This document shows, piece by piece, positions 50,612-59,152 of a stretch of 64,000 nucleotides of DNA. The DNA is taken from the NCBI GenBank assembly GCA_965223415.1, contig OZ245002.1, positions 96,001 through 160,000 of the forward strand, in the 5' to 3' direction. The notes under the pieces were generated by a model that saw only the letters and a program-made list of their open reading frames with translations, was not told the DNA's origin and ran no database searches. Position 1 is the stretch's first letter. Every line of letters begins with the position of its first letter. The position numbers were made by a program, and so were the translations under genes. Origin of the DNA: Myxococcota bacterium. Its GTDB lineage: Bacteria; Myxococcota_A; UBA9160; UBA6930.

Positions 50612-51166
50612 TCAGAACTCCGTGCGGCCGTCGAGGGCGGTGCACGGCCCGACGGTGTCGAAGGCACCGAGCGGGTTGGCGGGATCGAAGACACCGACGC
50701 CGGTGCAGCCCGGAGCGATGGTGGAGGCCTGCCCGAGCGCGGCTCCGGCGGCGGGGTGGACGTAGCCCAGGTCGGAGAAGACCAGGTTGTTGTCCAGGTC
50801 CCCCAACGCCGCGGCCGTGAAGGCGGTGTTGGCTGCGTTGGTGTCCACGCCGTAGGTGAAGTGGACTGCGCCTTCGGGGATGAAGCCGATGAGATCGAAG
50901 CTCACGATGCCGCCACCGGCCCAGACGCGCTTGCCGAGAGTGGGCGCGCCTGCCGGGGTCGCAGGCGCCGCCACGTAGACGCCGAACTCGGAGAAGTAGG
51001 CGGCCTCGGCCGTGGCGATCGCCTTCAGGTTCCCGCGCGCCTCACTGATGCGGCTTCGCAGCTGGAACTGACGGAAGTTGGAGATGGCCGTGGCGGCGAG
51101 GACGCCGATGATCGCCACCACGATCATCAGCTCGATCAGGGTGAATGCGTTTCGTCGCCGGGTCAT
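50612..51166 (-). CDS. pilA: Type IVa pilin, second paralogue
   Basis: MTRRRNA|FTLIELMIVVAIIG, 177 aa mature, C-terminal Cys pair. Confidence 0.9.
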   Translation of the reverse strand: MTRRRNAFTLIELMIVVAIIGVLAATAISNFRQFQLRSRISEARGNLKAIATAEAAYFSEFGVYVAAPATPAGAPTLGKRVWAGGGIVSFDLIGFIPEGAVHFTYGVDTNAANTAFTAAALGDLDNNLVFSDLGYVHPAAGAALGQASTIAPGCTGVGVFDPANPLGAFDTVGPCTALDGRTEF

Positions 51167-51227
51167 GGTCGAGTCCTTCCTGGCCTTCCAGCGGAGGAAC
51201 ACTGCAGGCTCTCGGACCGGTGAACAC

Positions 51228-51244
51228 AGCAAGATGCGGGCCAG
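51228..51244 (-). promoter_or_regulatory. sigma54 -24/-12 promoter of the second pilin
   Basis: CTGGCCCGCATCTTGCT (GG-N10-GC). Confidence 0.72.
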
Positions 51245-51400
51245 ACCGGCCGCGCCCCTCGGAGCGTCGCAGCCGAGGCTCCAAGTAGGCGGCTCACAGT
51301 GCATTTCGCGACCGGGTGCGAAGCCACGTCGAAGCGTGACGAATGAGCCAAACGACGAATTGCGGCACTGGCGCCGGGGAGCGTCACCCGTGCTCCCAAG

Positions 51401-51436
51401 AAAAGACGGGGGCCGGCGCGAACGCCGACCCCCGCT
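51401..51436 (-). terminator. Rho-independent terminator after the first pilin
   Basis: GCGGGGGTCGGCG-TTCG-CGCCGGCCCCCGT followed by CTTTT. Confidence 0.8.
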
Positions 51437-51461
51437 TCTCGTCGAGGACGATCGAGCGAGT

Positions 51462-52025
51462 CTAGAACTGGCTCTGACCGTCGAGCTGGGCGCAGCCACC
51501 GACCGCGTTCAGCACGTCGAGGGCCGTGGTCACGGCGTTGTACACGCCGGTCGCCGCGCAGCCCGCGCCGCTGTAGGCCGGCACCGTCGAAGCAGCGGCC
51601 GCACCCGGAACCGGGTGGATGTACGCGAAGTCGGAGGTCGTGGTGTCGCCGTCCAGGTCGCCGGCGGCCACGGCCATGTAGTCGGCGTTGTTCGTGCCGA
51701 CGGCGTACGAGTAGAACACCGAGCCTTCCGGCGCCCAACCCATGATCTCGAAGCCGTGGGTGGTGGCCGGGGTCCAGACCTGCTTGCTGGTCAGGAGGGC
51801 ACCGGGGTAGTCGGTCGCGCCGACGTAGGTGCCGTACTCGGCGAAGTAGCTCTCCTCCGCGGTGCGGATGGCGGCCAGGTTGGTCCGGGCCTCACCGGTC
51901 TTCGAGCGGAGCTGGAAGCGGAGGAAGTTGGGAATGGCGATGGCCGCCAGGATCCCGATGATGGCGACGACGATCATCAGCTCGATGAGCGTGAAGCCGC
52001 GCTTGCGGTTGAGAAGCTTTCGCAT
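51462..52025 (-). CDS. pilA: Type IVa major pilin
   Basis: KRG|FTLIELMIVVAIIGILAAIAIPNF, GDLDGD, Cys pair; AAGGAG RBS. Confidence 0.95.
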   Translation of the reverse strand: MRKLLNRKRGFTLIELMIVVAIIGILAAIAIPNFLRFQLRSKTGEARTNLAAIRTAEESYFAEYGTYVGATDYPGALLTSKQVWTPATTHGFEIMGWAPEGSVFYSYAVGTNNADYMAVAAGDLDGDTTTSDFAYIHPVPGAAAASTVPAYSGAGCAATGVYNAVTTALDVLNAVGGCAQLDGQSQF

Positions 52026-52127
52026 GGGGTGTTGTCTCCTTGTCCGAGCCTGGCCTCGCGGGCGACCTGCCTACGACTTGCCTTGGCCCGCGGGCCTCGG
52101 CTCGGATCGGCGTTCGGGGCAGGGAAA

Positions 52128-52144
52128 AGCAACCGCCGTGCCAA
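52128..52144 (-). promoter_or_regulatory. sigma54 -24/-12 promoter of the major pilin
   Basis: TTGGCACGGCGGTTGCT, consensus TGGCACG-N4-TTGC. Confidence 0.88.
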
Positions 52145-52243
52145 GCGCTCCGGCGTACGTCACGGATCGGCAGCTCGCGGCGCAACCTGTAGGCGTGAAG
52201 CCTCGAGCGGGCCGCGCGACCCCTTCAACTCGGGTGTTCACTG

Positions 52244-52292
52244 GGCGACAGAAGTGACGGAAACCGTCGTCACCAGCGACGAAATCCGTCAC
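52244..52292. promoter_or_regulatory. Putative enhancer (PilR-type activator) sites
   Basis: GTGACGGAAACCGTCGTCAC and CGACGAAATCCGTCAC, 100-150 bp upstream of the sigma54 site; similar box at 51353-51368. Confidence 0.5.
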
Positions 52293-52327
52293 CCGCCCGG
52301 GTGCAACACCCGCCGAGGCCACAGCCG

Positions 52328-52355
52328 TTGACACCCGCCGGAGGGGGGGTACGGT
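52328..52355 (+). promoter_or_regulatory. sigma70 promoter of tRNA-Glu
   Basis: TTGACA-N16-TACGGT. Confidence 0.7.
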
Positions 52356-52370
52356 TGCGCCCCTTCTAGC

Positions 52371-52446
52371 GCTCCCTTCGTCTAGTGGCCTAGGACGCGG
52401 CCCTCTCAAGGCTGAAACACGGGTTCGACTCCCGTAGGGAGCGCCA
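52371..52446 (+). tRNA. tRNA-Glu (CTC)
   Basis: GCTCCCT/AGGGAGC stem, CGGCC-CTCTCAA-GGCTG arm, GGTTCGACTCC, encoded CCA. Confidence 0.96.
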
Positions 52447-52501
52447 ACTGCTCCCCGCCACGCCGCGCCCGGACGCGGCGCCACCGGAAGGGCCCGTCGC
52501 C

Positions 52502-53110
52502 GTGCCGGACTTCGCCTTCGCCTTCCTCGACTGCGAGTTCGGCGGCCTGGATCCCGAGCAGCACGACATCACCGAGATCGGTGTGATCGTGACCGACTAC
52601 CGCCTCACCGAGCAGGGCGAGAAGGAATGGAAGGTGATCCCGCGGCCCGAGCGGGTCACGGCGGAGGCGGCGGCGATCTTCGACTACCAGCCCGAGGTGT
52701 GGAAGGCCGAAGGCGTGGGCGTCCGGCAGGCGCTGACCGAGGTGGCGGAACTGCTCCCGAAGGGCCGCGTGGTCGTGCCCGCCGGCCAGAACGTGCGCAT
52801 GGACGTGCTCTTCCTGCAGCGCGCCTACGAGAAGTGCGGCATCCCCTACCCCTTCGACTACCACGTCATCGACCTGGCGACCCTCTTCTACGCCTGGTCC
52901 CTGGTCGAGGGGGAGACGCTCCCCGCCCTCTCTCTTCGCCAGGCGGCGACGACGGCGGGCCTGGTGAAGGGGCCGGTGGCCCACCGCGCCCTGGCCGACG
53001 CGCGGCTCACCCTGGAGACGTTCCGCTACTACGTGGGCCGGCTGGCGCCCCGCCCGCTCCCGGACGAGCCGACGCCGCCGGCGGACGAGGCGGACAGCGC
53101 CTCGCCCTGA
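52502..53110 (+). CDS. DEDDh 3'-5' exonuclease (DnaQ-like family)
   Basis: FLDCE (ExoI), GQNVRMD (ExoII), HRALADA (ExoIII). Confidence 0.87.
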   Translation: MPDFAFAFLDCEFGGLDPEQHDITEIGVIVTDYRLTEQGEKEWKVIPRPERVTAEAAAIFDYQPEVWKAEGVGVRQALTEVAELLPKGRVVVPAGQNVRMDVLFLQRAYEKCGIPYPFDYHVIDLATLFYAWSLVEGETLPALSLRQAATTAGLVKGPVAHRALADARLTLETFRYYVGRLAPRPLPDEPTPPADEADSASP

Positions 53111-53658
53111 CCCGGCCCGAGCTTGCGGCGCCACTTGCGGGCGGCGCGCCGGTCGAAGCGCGCCAGCAGGCGGGCCGGAAGGCCACCCGGGCGGAGCACC
53201 AGGGCGGAGCCGAAGTCGATCAGGATCGGGTGGCCGTCCTCCCCGAGCAGGACATTGCTGCGATGGCGCAGGTCGAGATGGACGACGCCGCGGGCGTGCA
53301 TGTCGGCCAGGGCCGCATCGAGGCGATCCGCGAAATCCGCCGGCACCTCCCCCCGTAGCCCCCGGCCCATCCGACGCCCGGGCCGGTACTCGACGGCGAA
53401 GGCGAGATCGTCGACGACGCCGAGGAAGGCCGGCACGCAGGGGTGACCCTCCAGGGCACGCCAGGCACGGGCCTCGCGGGCGGTCACCCAGCGACCGATC
53501 GTCGCGCGCACCCAGGCGCCGCGAGGCGCGAAATCCTTGACGACCTGGGACCGGCCGGCGAAGGCGACCCGGTAGACGTCCGGGTTCCGCCGGTTGCCCC
53601 GGTTCAGGAGCTCCCTCGGCAGGCGATCGAGCTCGGCACGGGTGGGGACGGAAGGCAC
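53029..53658 (-). CDS. Small protein-kinase-like phosphotransferase (RIO/Kdo-like)
   Basis: VVKDF, HARGVVHLDL...NVLL, ILIDFG. Confidence 0.8.
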   Translation of the reverse strand: MPSVPTRAELDRLPRELLNRGNRRNPDVYRVAFAGRSQVVKDFAPRGAWVRATIGRWVTAREARAWRALEGHPCVPAFLGVVDDLAFAVEYRPGRRMGRGLRGEVPADFADRLDAALADMHARGVVHLDLRHRSNVLLGEDGHPILIDFGSALVLRPGGLPARLLARFDRRAARKWRRKLGPGQGEALSASSAGGVGSSGSGRGASRPT

Positions 53659-53720
53659 GGCCGCGAGAGTATGGGCGCTGACGCGGCCTCGAGCTAGGAG
53701 CCTGACCCGAGACGGGGTGG

Positions 53721-54005
53721 CTACCGACCCTCGTCCCCGCCCCGGCCGTGGCGGGACTGGACCACCTGCCAGAGCTCCTTGCGCAGCTCTTCCTTGAAGA
53801 CCGGATCGGCCTGGTCGGGGCCCAGATCTCCCTCGAGGAACTCCTGCAGCTCCTCCATGGAGAACTCGGCTGCCAGCTGTCGGTTCACGTTCTGCTCCCG
53901 AAGGTCCTGTCGATCGGCGGTCCTGCGAGAGGGGCCACTCGAAGCACCCCGCCCGAAGCGCCGTCTCCAGCGCGCACGAAGCCGTGAGGCCAGACGCGGA
54001 ATCAA
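53721..54005 (-). CDS. Small hypothetical protein coupled to the ECF sigma gene (possible anti-sigma-like)
   Basis: C-terminal part of track ORF 53721..55655; TTG overlaps the sigma stop (TTGA); EELQEFLEGD...DPVFKEELRKELW. Start uncertain. Confidence 0.55.
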   Translation of the reverse strand: MIPRLASRLRARWRRRFGRGASSGPSRRTADRQDLREQNVNRQLAAEFSMEELQEFLEGDLGPDQADPVFKEELRKELWQVVQSRHGRGGDEGR

Positions 54006-54631
54006 GTCACTCTCGTCGTCTCTTGTGCTTCCGCGTCCAGCAACAACTGCTTCACCCGATAGAGACCGGACCGGATGGCGTCTCCGGAACGGTCCGTACG
54101 CTCCGAGATCTCCCGGATCGTCAAATTGTGCACGTGGCGCAGAAAGAAGGCCTCCGCCTGCCAGCTCGAGACGCCTTGCAACCTCTCCTCGATGGCGCGG
54201 GCGTAGCGATCCATCTCGAGGTGATCCTCCGGCGTGCAGGTCCAGGTCGCCGAGTCCGACAACAACAGGTCGGGACCGGCCTGCTCGACCCGCTCGCCGT
54301 GGATGCGGTGGCGCCGCAGGTGGTTGTAGACGGTGTTCTTGGCGACACCGTAGACCCAGGCCAACGGCGCCGACCGGCCCGACCAGCCTTCCGCGGAACG
54401 GAAGACGACGGTGAAGGTCTCCTGGGTCAGCTCCTCGGCGTCCGCATGGTTGCGGACGCGCAGGTAGACGAAGCTGTAGATGCGCTGGAAGTAGCGATCG
54501 TAGAGCACGTTGAAGTGCTCCTCGCTCCCTCGGCACACCTCCTGGAAGAGCGCCTCGTCCGTCCAGGTGGAGGGCGAGCCAGGGTGGCGCCGCGCGCTGT
54601 CGCGCGTGTGCGAACGATCGACCAGGGCCAA
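54002..54631 (-). CDS. ECF sigma-70 factor, paralogue 2
   Basis: DAEELTQETF, WVYGVAKN, region 4 LTIREIS...SGLYR; probable TTG start after GAGGAG. Confidence 0.88.
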   Translation of the reverse strand: MALVDRSHTRDSARRHPGSPSTWTDEALFQEVCRGSEEHFNVLYDRYFQRIYSFVYLRVRNHADAEELTQETFTVVFRSAEGWSGRSAPLAWVYGVAKNTVYNHLRRHRIHGERVEQAGPDLLLSDSATWTCTPEDHLEMDRYARAIEERLQGVSSWQAEAFFLRHVHNLTIREISERTDRSGDAIRSGLYRVKQLLLDAEAQETTRVT

Positions 54632-54766
54632 CGCGGACTCCTCGCGTTCGCCCTTCCCAGGTGATGCGATGGAGACCCGGTCTGGACCCCCATCCAGCGT
54701 CTCCGTCAAGGAAGTGGTCGGAGGAGGCCGTACGTGGCAGGAAAAAACCTGCGGACCCGAAGATAG

Positions 54767-54796
54767 GACACCCCTCGGGGAGTCCCGAGGGGTGTC
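54767..54796. terminator. 13-bp perfect stem-loop between the two ECF genes
   Basis: GACACCCCTCGGG-GAGT-CCCGAGGGGTGTC; weak U tail on the minus strand. Confidence 0.55.
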
Positions 54797-54829
54797 GGCG
54801 AGACGAGATCCGGTGCGGTGGGAGCGCGC

Positions 54830-55528
54830 TCAGACCTGGAGGATCTGCTCCAGCCCCGGCGCCGCCTGGGCGATGGCCCGGCGCATCCGGTAGAGGTTGG
54901 CCTTCACCGCGTCCTCGGACTTCCCGAGGCTCCCGGCGATCGAGCGGATGGACTGCCGGCGCAGGTGCTTCAGGTGGAAGATGCGCCGCTGCAGGGGCGT
55001 GAGCTGCTCCTCGATCACCCTTTCGCAGTGGGCGAGCATGCGGCGGGCGTCGACGGCCCGGTCCGTGGGAGCCTCGGAGGCCGGGAGCTCCATCGCGGCC
55101 GGCGCGTCGAGGGATTCCAGCCGCGGACGAACGCCTCGGAAGCGCCGGTTCACCTTGTTGCGGGTGATTCCGAAGATCCAGACCAGCAGGCTCGAGTTGC
55201 CCGCGTAGGTATGCAGGGCCTTGAAGACGGTGACGAAGACCTCCTGGGTCACGTCCTCGGCCTCGCCGGAATCCCGCAGCCGCTTCAGGGCGAAGCGGTA
55301 GACGCGGGGGAAGTAGGCCTTGTACAGGAGGTCGAAGTGGGCACGGCTGCCGCCGAGAATCTCCTTGACCAGCTCCGCATCGCTCTCCCAGGGGGAGTCG
55401 TTGCGGCGGGACTTGCGGCGGGGCGGGGTAGCGGCCTTGGCGCGGCTCCCCACGCCCTTGGACGCAGCCGGCTCGCGCGAGCTGCGGGTGGACGGGGCGG
55501 CCGTGGGGCGGAGGGATCGGCTCAGCAC
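54830..55528 (-). CDS. ECF sigma-70 factor, paralogue 1
   Basis: EAEDVTQEVF, WIFGITRN, SIRSIA...VKANLYR; GTG start after AGGGAG. Confidence 0.88.
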   Translation of the reverse strand: MLSRSLRPTAAPSTRSSREPAASKGVGSRAKAATPPRRKSRRNDSPWESDAELVKEILGGSRAHFDLLYKAYFPRVYRFALKRLRDSGEAEDVTQEVFVTVFKALHTYAGNSSLLVWIFGITRNKVNRRFRGVRPRLESLDAPAAMELPASEAPTDRAVDARRMLAHCERVIEEQLTPLQRRIFHLKHLRRQSIRSIAGSLGKSEDAVKANLYRMRRAIAQAAPGLEQILQV

Positions 55529-55594
55529 GGATTCTCCCTGGCGGTTGGATGGCTCTCGAAGGTGGTGGGGGATCGGGATCCCGTGGGGCCTTAG

Positions 55595-55611
55595 AGCAAA
55601 CCCCGTGCCAC
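55595..55611 (-). promoter_or_regulatory. sigma54 -24/-12 promoter of the ECF pair
   Basis: GTGGCACGGGGTTTGCT. Confidence 0.85.
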
Positions 55612-55708
55612 GGACCGAGAGTCGTGGGGGCAAGCACCCAACCATCTGAAATCACTGAGCTTTCCGCGCGGTCAGCGTCTCCCTGCGGGTATGAAACGCT
55701 GTGCTATG

Positions 55709-55726
55709 TGGGAACGCCCGTTCCCA
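55709..55726. promoter_or_regulatory. Palindromic putative enhancer site
   Basis: TGGGAAC-GCCC-GTTCCCA about 100 bp upstream of the sigma54 site. Confidence 0.5.
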
Positions 55727-55811
55727 TCGAGGGCCATTCGGAGGAATCGGGAGAAACGGATTCCACACCCTGTTTGGGGCCCCGGGGGACCTGGAGCGTG
55801 CGCAGGGACCG

Positions 55812-56315
55812 CTAGAGCTTGCCGGGGATGACCCACCAGGTGCCCTGCAGGCGCTCCCAGCGGTCCACCCGCTCAAGCTCGGTGGTGCCGCGCCGGAGGG
55901 GCAGGCCGTTGTCCCCGACCATGCGCGTGACCACCTCGGCCTCTCCCGGCCCGGCGAGACGGAACTCGACCACGTCCAGGGAGAGCGGCCGGTTGCGCTC
56001 GAAGTGGGCCTCGGTGAGCGCCTGGGCCAGACCGGCGTAGTAGTCGGAGAACGCGCCCTCGCTGCGGAAGAAGTCGCGGAGGCGCTCGTCGCGGTAGGTG
56101 CTGATGTCGTTGAAGCGGCGGTGGGCCAGATAGCCGTAGAACACGCTCGCCCGCTCGTAGAAGCCGACCACACTGGCGTCCTCGGCCACCACCAGGCCCT
56201 GGGCGAGGTCCGGCTGCGGGCCCGCCGCCGCCTCCCCGCCGAAAGGCCACAGGGCGCAGCCCGAGAGCCCGCTCGCCAACACCGCCACCGCCAGAGCCCG
56301 CATCCACCGCGTCAT
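55812..56315 (-). CDS. Hypothetical lipoprotein
   Basis: LSGC lipobox; ATGA-coupled to ppdK. Confidence 0.7.
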   Translation of the reverse strand: MTRWMRALAVAVLASGLSGCALWPFGGEAAAGPQPDLAQGLVVAEDASVVGFYERASVFYGYLAHRRFNDISTYRDERLRDFFRSEGAFSDYYAGLAQALTEAHFERNRPLSLDVVEFRLAGPGEAEVVTRMVGDNGLPLRRGTTELERVDRWERLQGTWWVIPGKL

Positions 56316-59152
56316 CGCCCCCTCCTCTTCGCTCCGGTCGTCCGGGCCGCGGCCTGGGCGGCGGCCAGCCGGGCCACCGGCACCCGGAACGGTGAGCAGG
56401 AAACGTAGTCGAAGCCCAGGCTCGCGCAGAAGCCGATGCTCTTGGGGTCGCCTCCGTGCTCCCCGCAGATCCCGACCTTCAGGCCCGGGCGGGTCCGACG
56501 ACCGCCCTCGACCCCGATCCGCATCAGCCGCCCGATGCCCTCCTCGTCCACGGAGACGAAGGGATCGTCGGCGAGGATCCCCTGGTCGACGTACTCGGGA
56601 AGGAACTTCCCGGCGTCGTCCCGGGAGAGCGCGTAGCCGGTCTGGGTGAGGTCGTTCGTCCCGAAGGAGAAGAAGTCCGCGTGGCGGGCGATCTCGTCGG
56701 CGGTGAGTGCGGCGCGCGGCACCTCGATCATCGTGCCGATGGAGGGACGCACGCGCCGCTTCGCCCGGAGCTCCGGATGCGCCTCCAGCACCAGGGCCAC
56801 CTCCGCCTCGACCAACGCCCGCAGGCGCTCGAGCTCGCCCACATGGGCGATGAGCGGCAGCATGATCTCGGGCTTCACCTTCGTGCCTTCACCCGCGACC
56901 CGACACGCAGCCTCGGCGATCGCCCGCACCTGCATCCGGTAGATCTCCGGGAAGCTGATGCCGAGGCGGCAGCCCCGGTGGCCGAGCATCGGGTTGAACT
57001 CCTTGACCTCGTCCACCTTGGCCCGCAGCTCGGCGGCGGAGACGCCCAGGCCCTCGGCCACCTCCCGGATCTCATCGTCGGTGTGGGGCAGGAACTCGTG
57101 GAGCGGCGGGTCGAGCAGCCGAACGGTGACCGGCAGCCCGTCCATCACCCGAAAGATCCCCTCGAAATCGCTGCGCTGCATGGGCAGGAGCTTGGCGAGG
57201 GCCCGTTCCCGGGCGGCGCCGTCCTCGGCGAGGATCATCTCGCGCACGGCGAGGATGCGCTCGTGCTCGAAGAACATGTGCTCCGTCCGGCAGAGCCCGA
57301 TGCCCTCGGCGCCGAACTCCCGGGCCACGGCCGCGTCCTCGGGCGTGTCCGCGTTCGTGCGCACGCCCACGCGGCGCATGCGGTCGGCCCACCGCATCAG
57401 CTCGGCGAAGGCGCCGCCGAGGTGCGGCGTCACGGTCGGCACCTGTCCGCGCATCACCTCGCCGCTTCCGCCGTCGAGGGTGAGGAAATCGCCGGCGCGA
57501 AAGAGGTGGCCATCGATGCGCACCGCACCGTCCGGCGAAACGTGCAGGCTGCCGCAGCCGGCGACGCAGCACTTGCCCATACCGCGGGCCACCACCGCGG
57601 CGTGGGAGGTCATGCCGCCCCGGGCGGTCAGGATGCCCTCGGCGGCGTGCATCCCGTGGATGTCGTCGGGGGAGGTCTCGATCCGCACCAGGATGACCTT
57701 CTCCCCCGCCTTGGCGCGGGCTTCCGCGTCGTCGGCGGAGAGCACGATGCGCCCGACGGCGGCTCCCGGCGAAGCGGGCAGGCCGCGGGCCACCACGTCG
57801 CGCGGCGCGTCCGGGTCCAGCGTGGGATGCAGGAGCTGGTCCAGCGAGGAGGGCTCGATGCGCAGCACCGCCTCCTCCCGGCCGATCAGCCGCTCCCGGG
57901 CCATGTCCACCGCGATCCTCACCGCCGCCTGGGTGGTGCGCTTGCCGGTGCGGGTCTGCAGCATCCAGAGCTTGCCGTCCTGGATGGTGAACTCGATGTC
58001 CTGCATGTCCCGGTAGTGCTTCTCGAGCCGCTTGTAGATGCCCACCAGCTCCCGGTAGGCGCGAGGCATCTCCAGCTCGAGGGTCGGCAGGTGCTCCGAA
58101 TCGTCCTTCTTGCTCTCTTCGTTGATCGGCTGGGGCGTGCGGATGCCGGCGACCACGTCCTCGCCCTGGGCGTTCTTCAGGTACTCGCCGTAGAAGTGCT
58201 TCGCGCCGGTCGAGGGATCGCGGGTGAAGGCGACGCCGGTCGCACAGTCCTCGCCCATGTTCCCGAACACCATGGCCTGCACGTTCACCGCCGTGCCCCA
58301 TTCCTCGGGAATATCGTGGATGGCGCGGTAGCGGCGCGCGCGGTCGTTCTCCCAGGAGCGGAAGACCGCTCCGACAGCGCCCCAGAGCTGGTCCAGGGGA
58401 TCCTGGGGAAAGGGTCGACCCGTGTGCTCCTGGACGATCTCCAGGTAGTCCTTCACCAGGACGCGCCAGTCTTCGGCCTCGAGCTCCGTGTCCAGGTCGA
58501 CGTCCCGCGCGTCCTTCAGGGCCTCGAGCCGGTCTTCGAAGCGCTCGTGGGGGATGTCCTGGACGACGTCGCCGTACATCTGGATGAAGCGCCGGTAGCT
58601 GTCGTAGGCGAAGCGGGCGTCGGCCGCGGCGGCCAGGCCGACGACGGTCTCGTCGTTCAGCCCGAGATTCAGCACTGTGTCCATCATGCCCGGCATCGAG
58701 GCGCGGGCGCCGGAGCGGACCGAGACGAGGAGCGGCTCCGTGGCGGCCCCGAAGCGCCGGCCCATGGCGGACTCGACCTTCGAGAGCGCGGCCAGCGCGG
58801 CCTTGCGCACGTCGGCGGCCAGGCGGTGGCCGGCCCGGTTGTACTCGGCGCAGACGGCGGTGGAGATGGTGAAGCCGGGGGGGACCGGGACGCCCAGCCG
58901 GGTCATCTCCGCCAGGTTCGCGCCCTTGCCGCCGAGCAGCTCCTTCATGCCGGCCCGACCGTCGGCCTTCCCGTCGCCGAAGAAGAAGACCTTGCGGGTG
59001 GTCGAACGCTTGCGCGCGGTCTTCGGATCCTTGCGGCTCGCGGCCTTCTTGCGCGGCGCCGCCCTCTTCTTCTGGGCCCGCGCGGCGATGCCCTTCGTCC
59101 CCTTGCGGCGCGCCGGCCGCTCCCTGGAGGCGGCCTTCCTGCGGGCGGTCAA
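56312..59152 (-). CDS. ppdK: Pyruvate, phosphate dikinase with basic N-terminal extension
   Basis: LGGKGANL, SVRSG, GGMTSHAAVVAR, GLCRTEHMF, SFGTNDLTQ, GICGEHGG; TTG start after GGAGG. Confidence 0.95.
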   Translation of the reverse strand: MTARRKAASRERPARRKGTKGIAARAQKKRAAPRKKAASRKDPKTARKRSTTRKVFFFGDGKADGRAGMKELLGGKGANLAEMTRLGVPVPPGFTISTAVCAEYNRAGHRLAADVRKAALAALSKVESAMGRRFGAATEPLLVSVRSGARASMPGMMDTVLNLGLNDETVVGLAAAADARFAYDSYRRFIQMYGDVVQDIPHERFEDRLEALKDARDVDLDTELEAEDWRVLVKDYLEIVQEHTGRPFPQDPLDQLWGAVGAVFRSWENDRARRYRAIHDIPEEWGTAVNVQAMVFGNMGEDCATGVAFTRDPSTGAKHFYGEYLKNAQGEDVVAGIRTPQPINEESKKDDSEHLPTLELEMPRAYRELVGIYKRLEKHYRDMQDIEFTIQDGKLWMLQTRTGKRTTQAAVRIAVDMARERLIGREEAVLRIEPSSLDQLLHPTLDPDAPRDVVARGLPASPGAAVGRIVLSADDAEARAKAGEKVILVRIETSPDDIHGMHAAEGILTARGGMTSHAAVVARGMGKCCVAGCGSLHVSPDGAVRIDGHLFRAGDFLTLDGGSGEVMRGQVPTVTPHLGGAFAELMRWADRMRRVGVRTNADTPEDAAVAREFGAEGIGLCRTEHMFFEHERILAVREMILAEDGAARERALAKLLPMQRSDFEGIFRVMDGLPVTVRLLDPPLHEFLPHTDDEIREVAEGLGVSAAELRAKVDEVKEFNPMLGHRGCRLGISFPEIYRMQVRAIAEAACRVAGEGTKVKPEIMLPLIAHVGELERLRALVEAEVALVLEAHPELRAKRRVRPSIGTMIEVPRAALTADEIARHADFFSFGTNDLTQTGYALSRDDAGKFLPEYVDQGILADDPFVSVDEEGIGRLMRIGVEGGRRTRPGLKVGICGEHGGDPKSIGFCASLGFDYVSCSPFRVPVARLAAAQAAARTTGAKRRGR

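Noticed and set aside
52165..52191. Ninth sigma28-like site upstream of the major pilin (TACAG-N15-GCCGATC)
   Set aside because: Poor -35 match, and a strong sigma54 promoter already explains the locus; not counted.
40020..52446. tRNA-flanked genomic island carrying the pilus/sulfatase-like block
   Set aside because: No integrase, no duplicated tRNA 3' end seen, no obvious composition shift, and the block shares promoter motifs with core loci.
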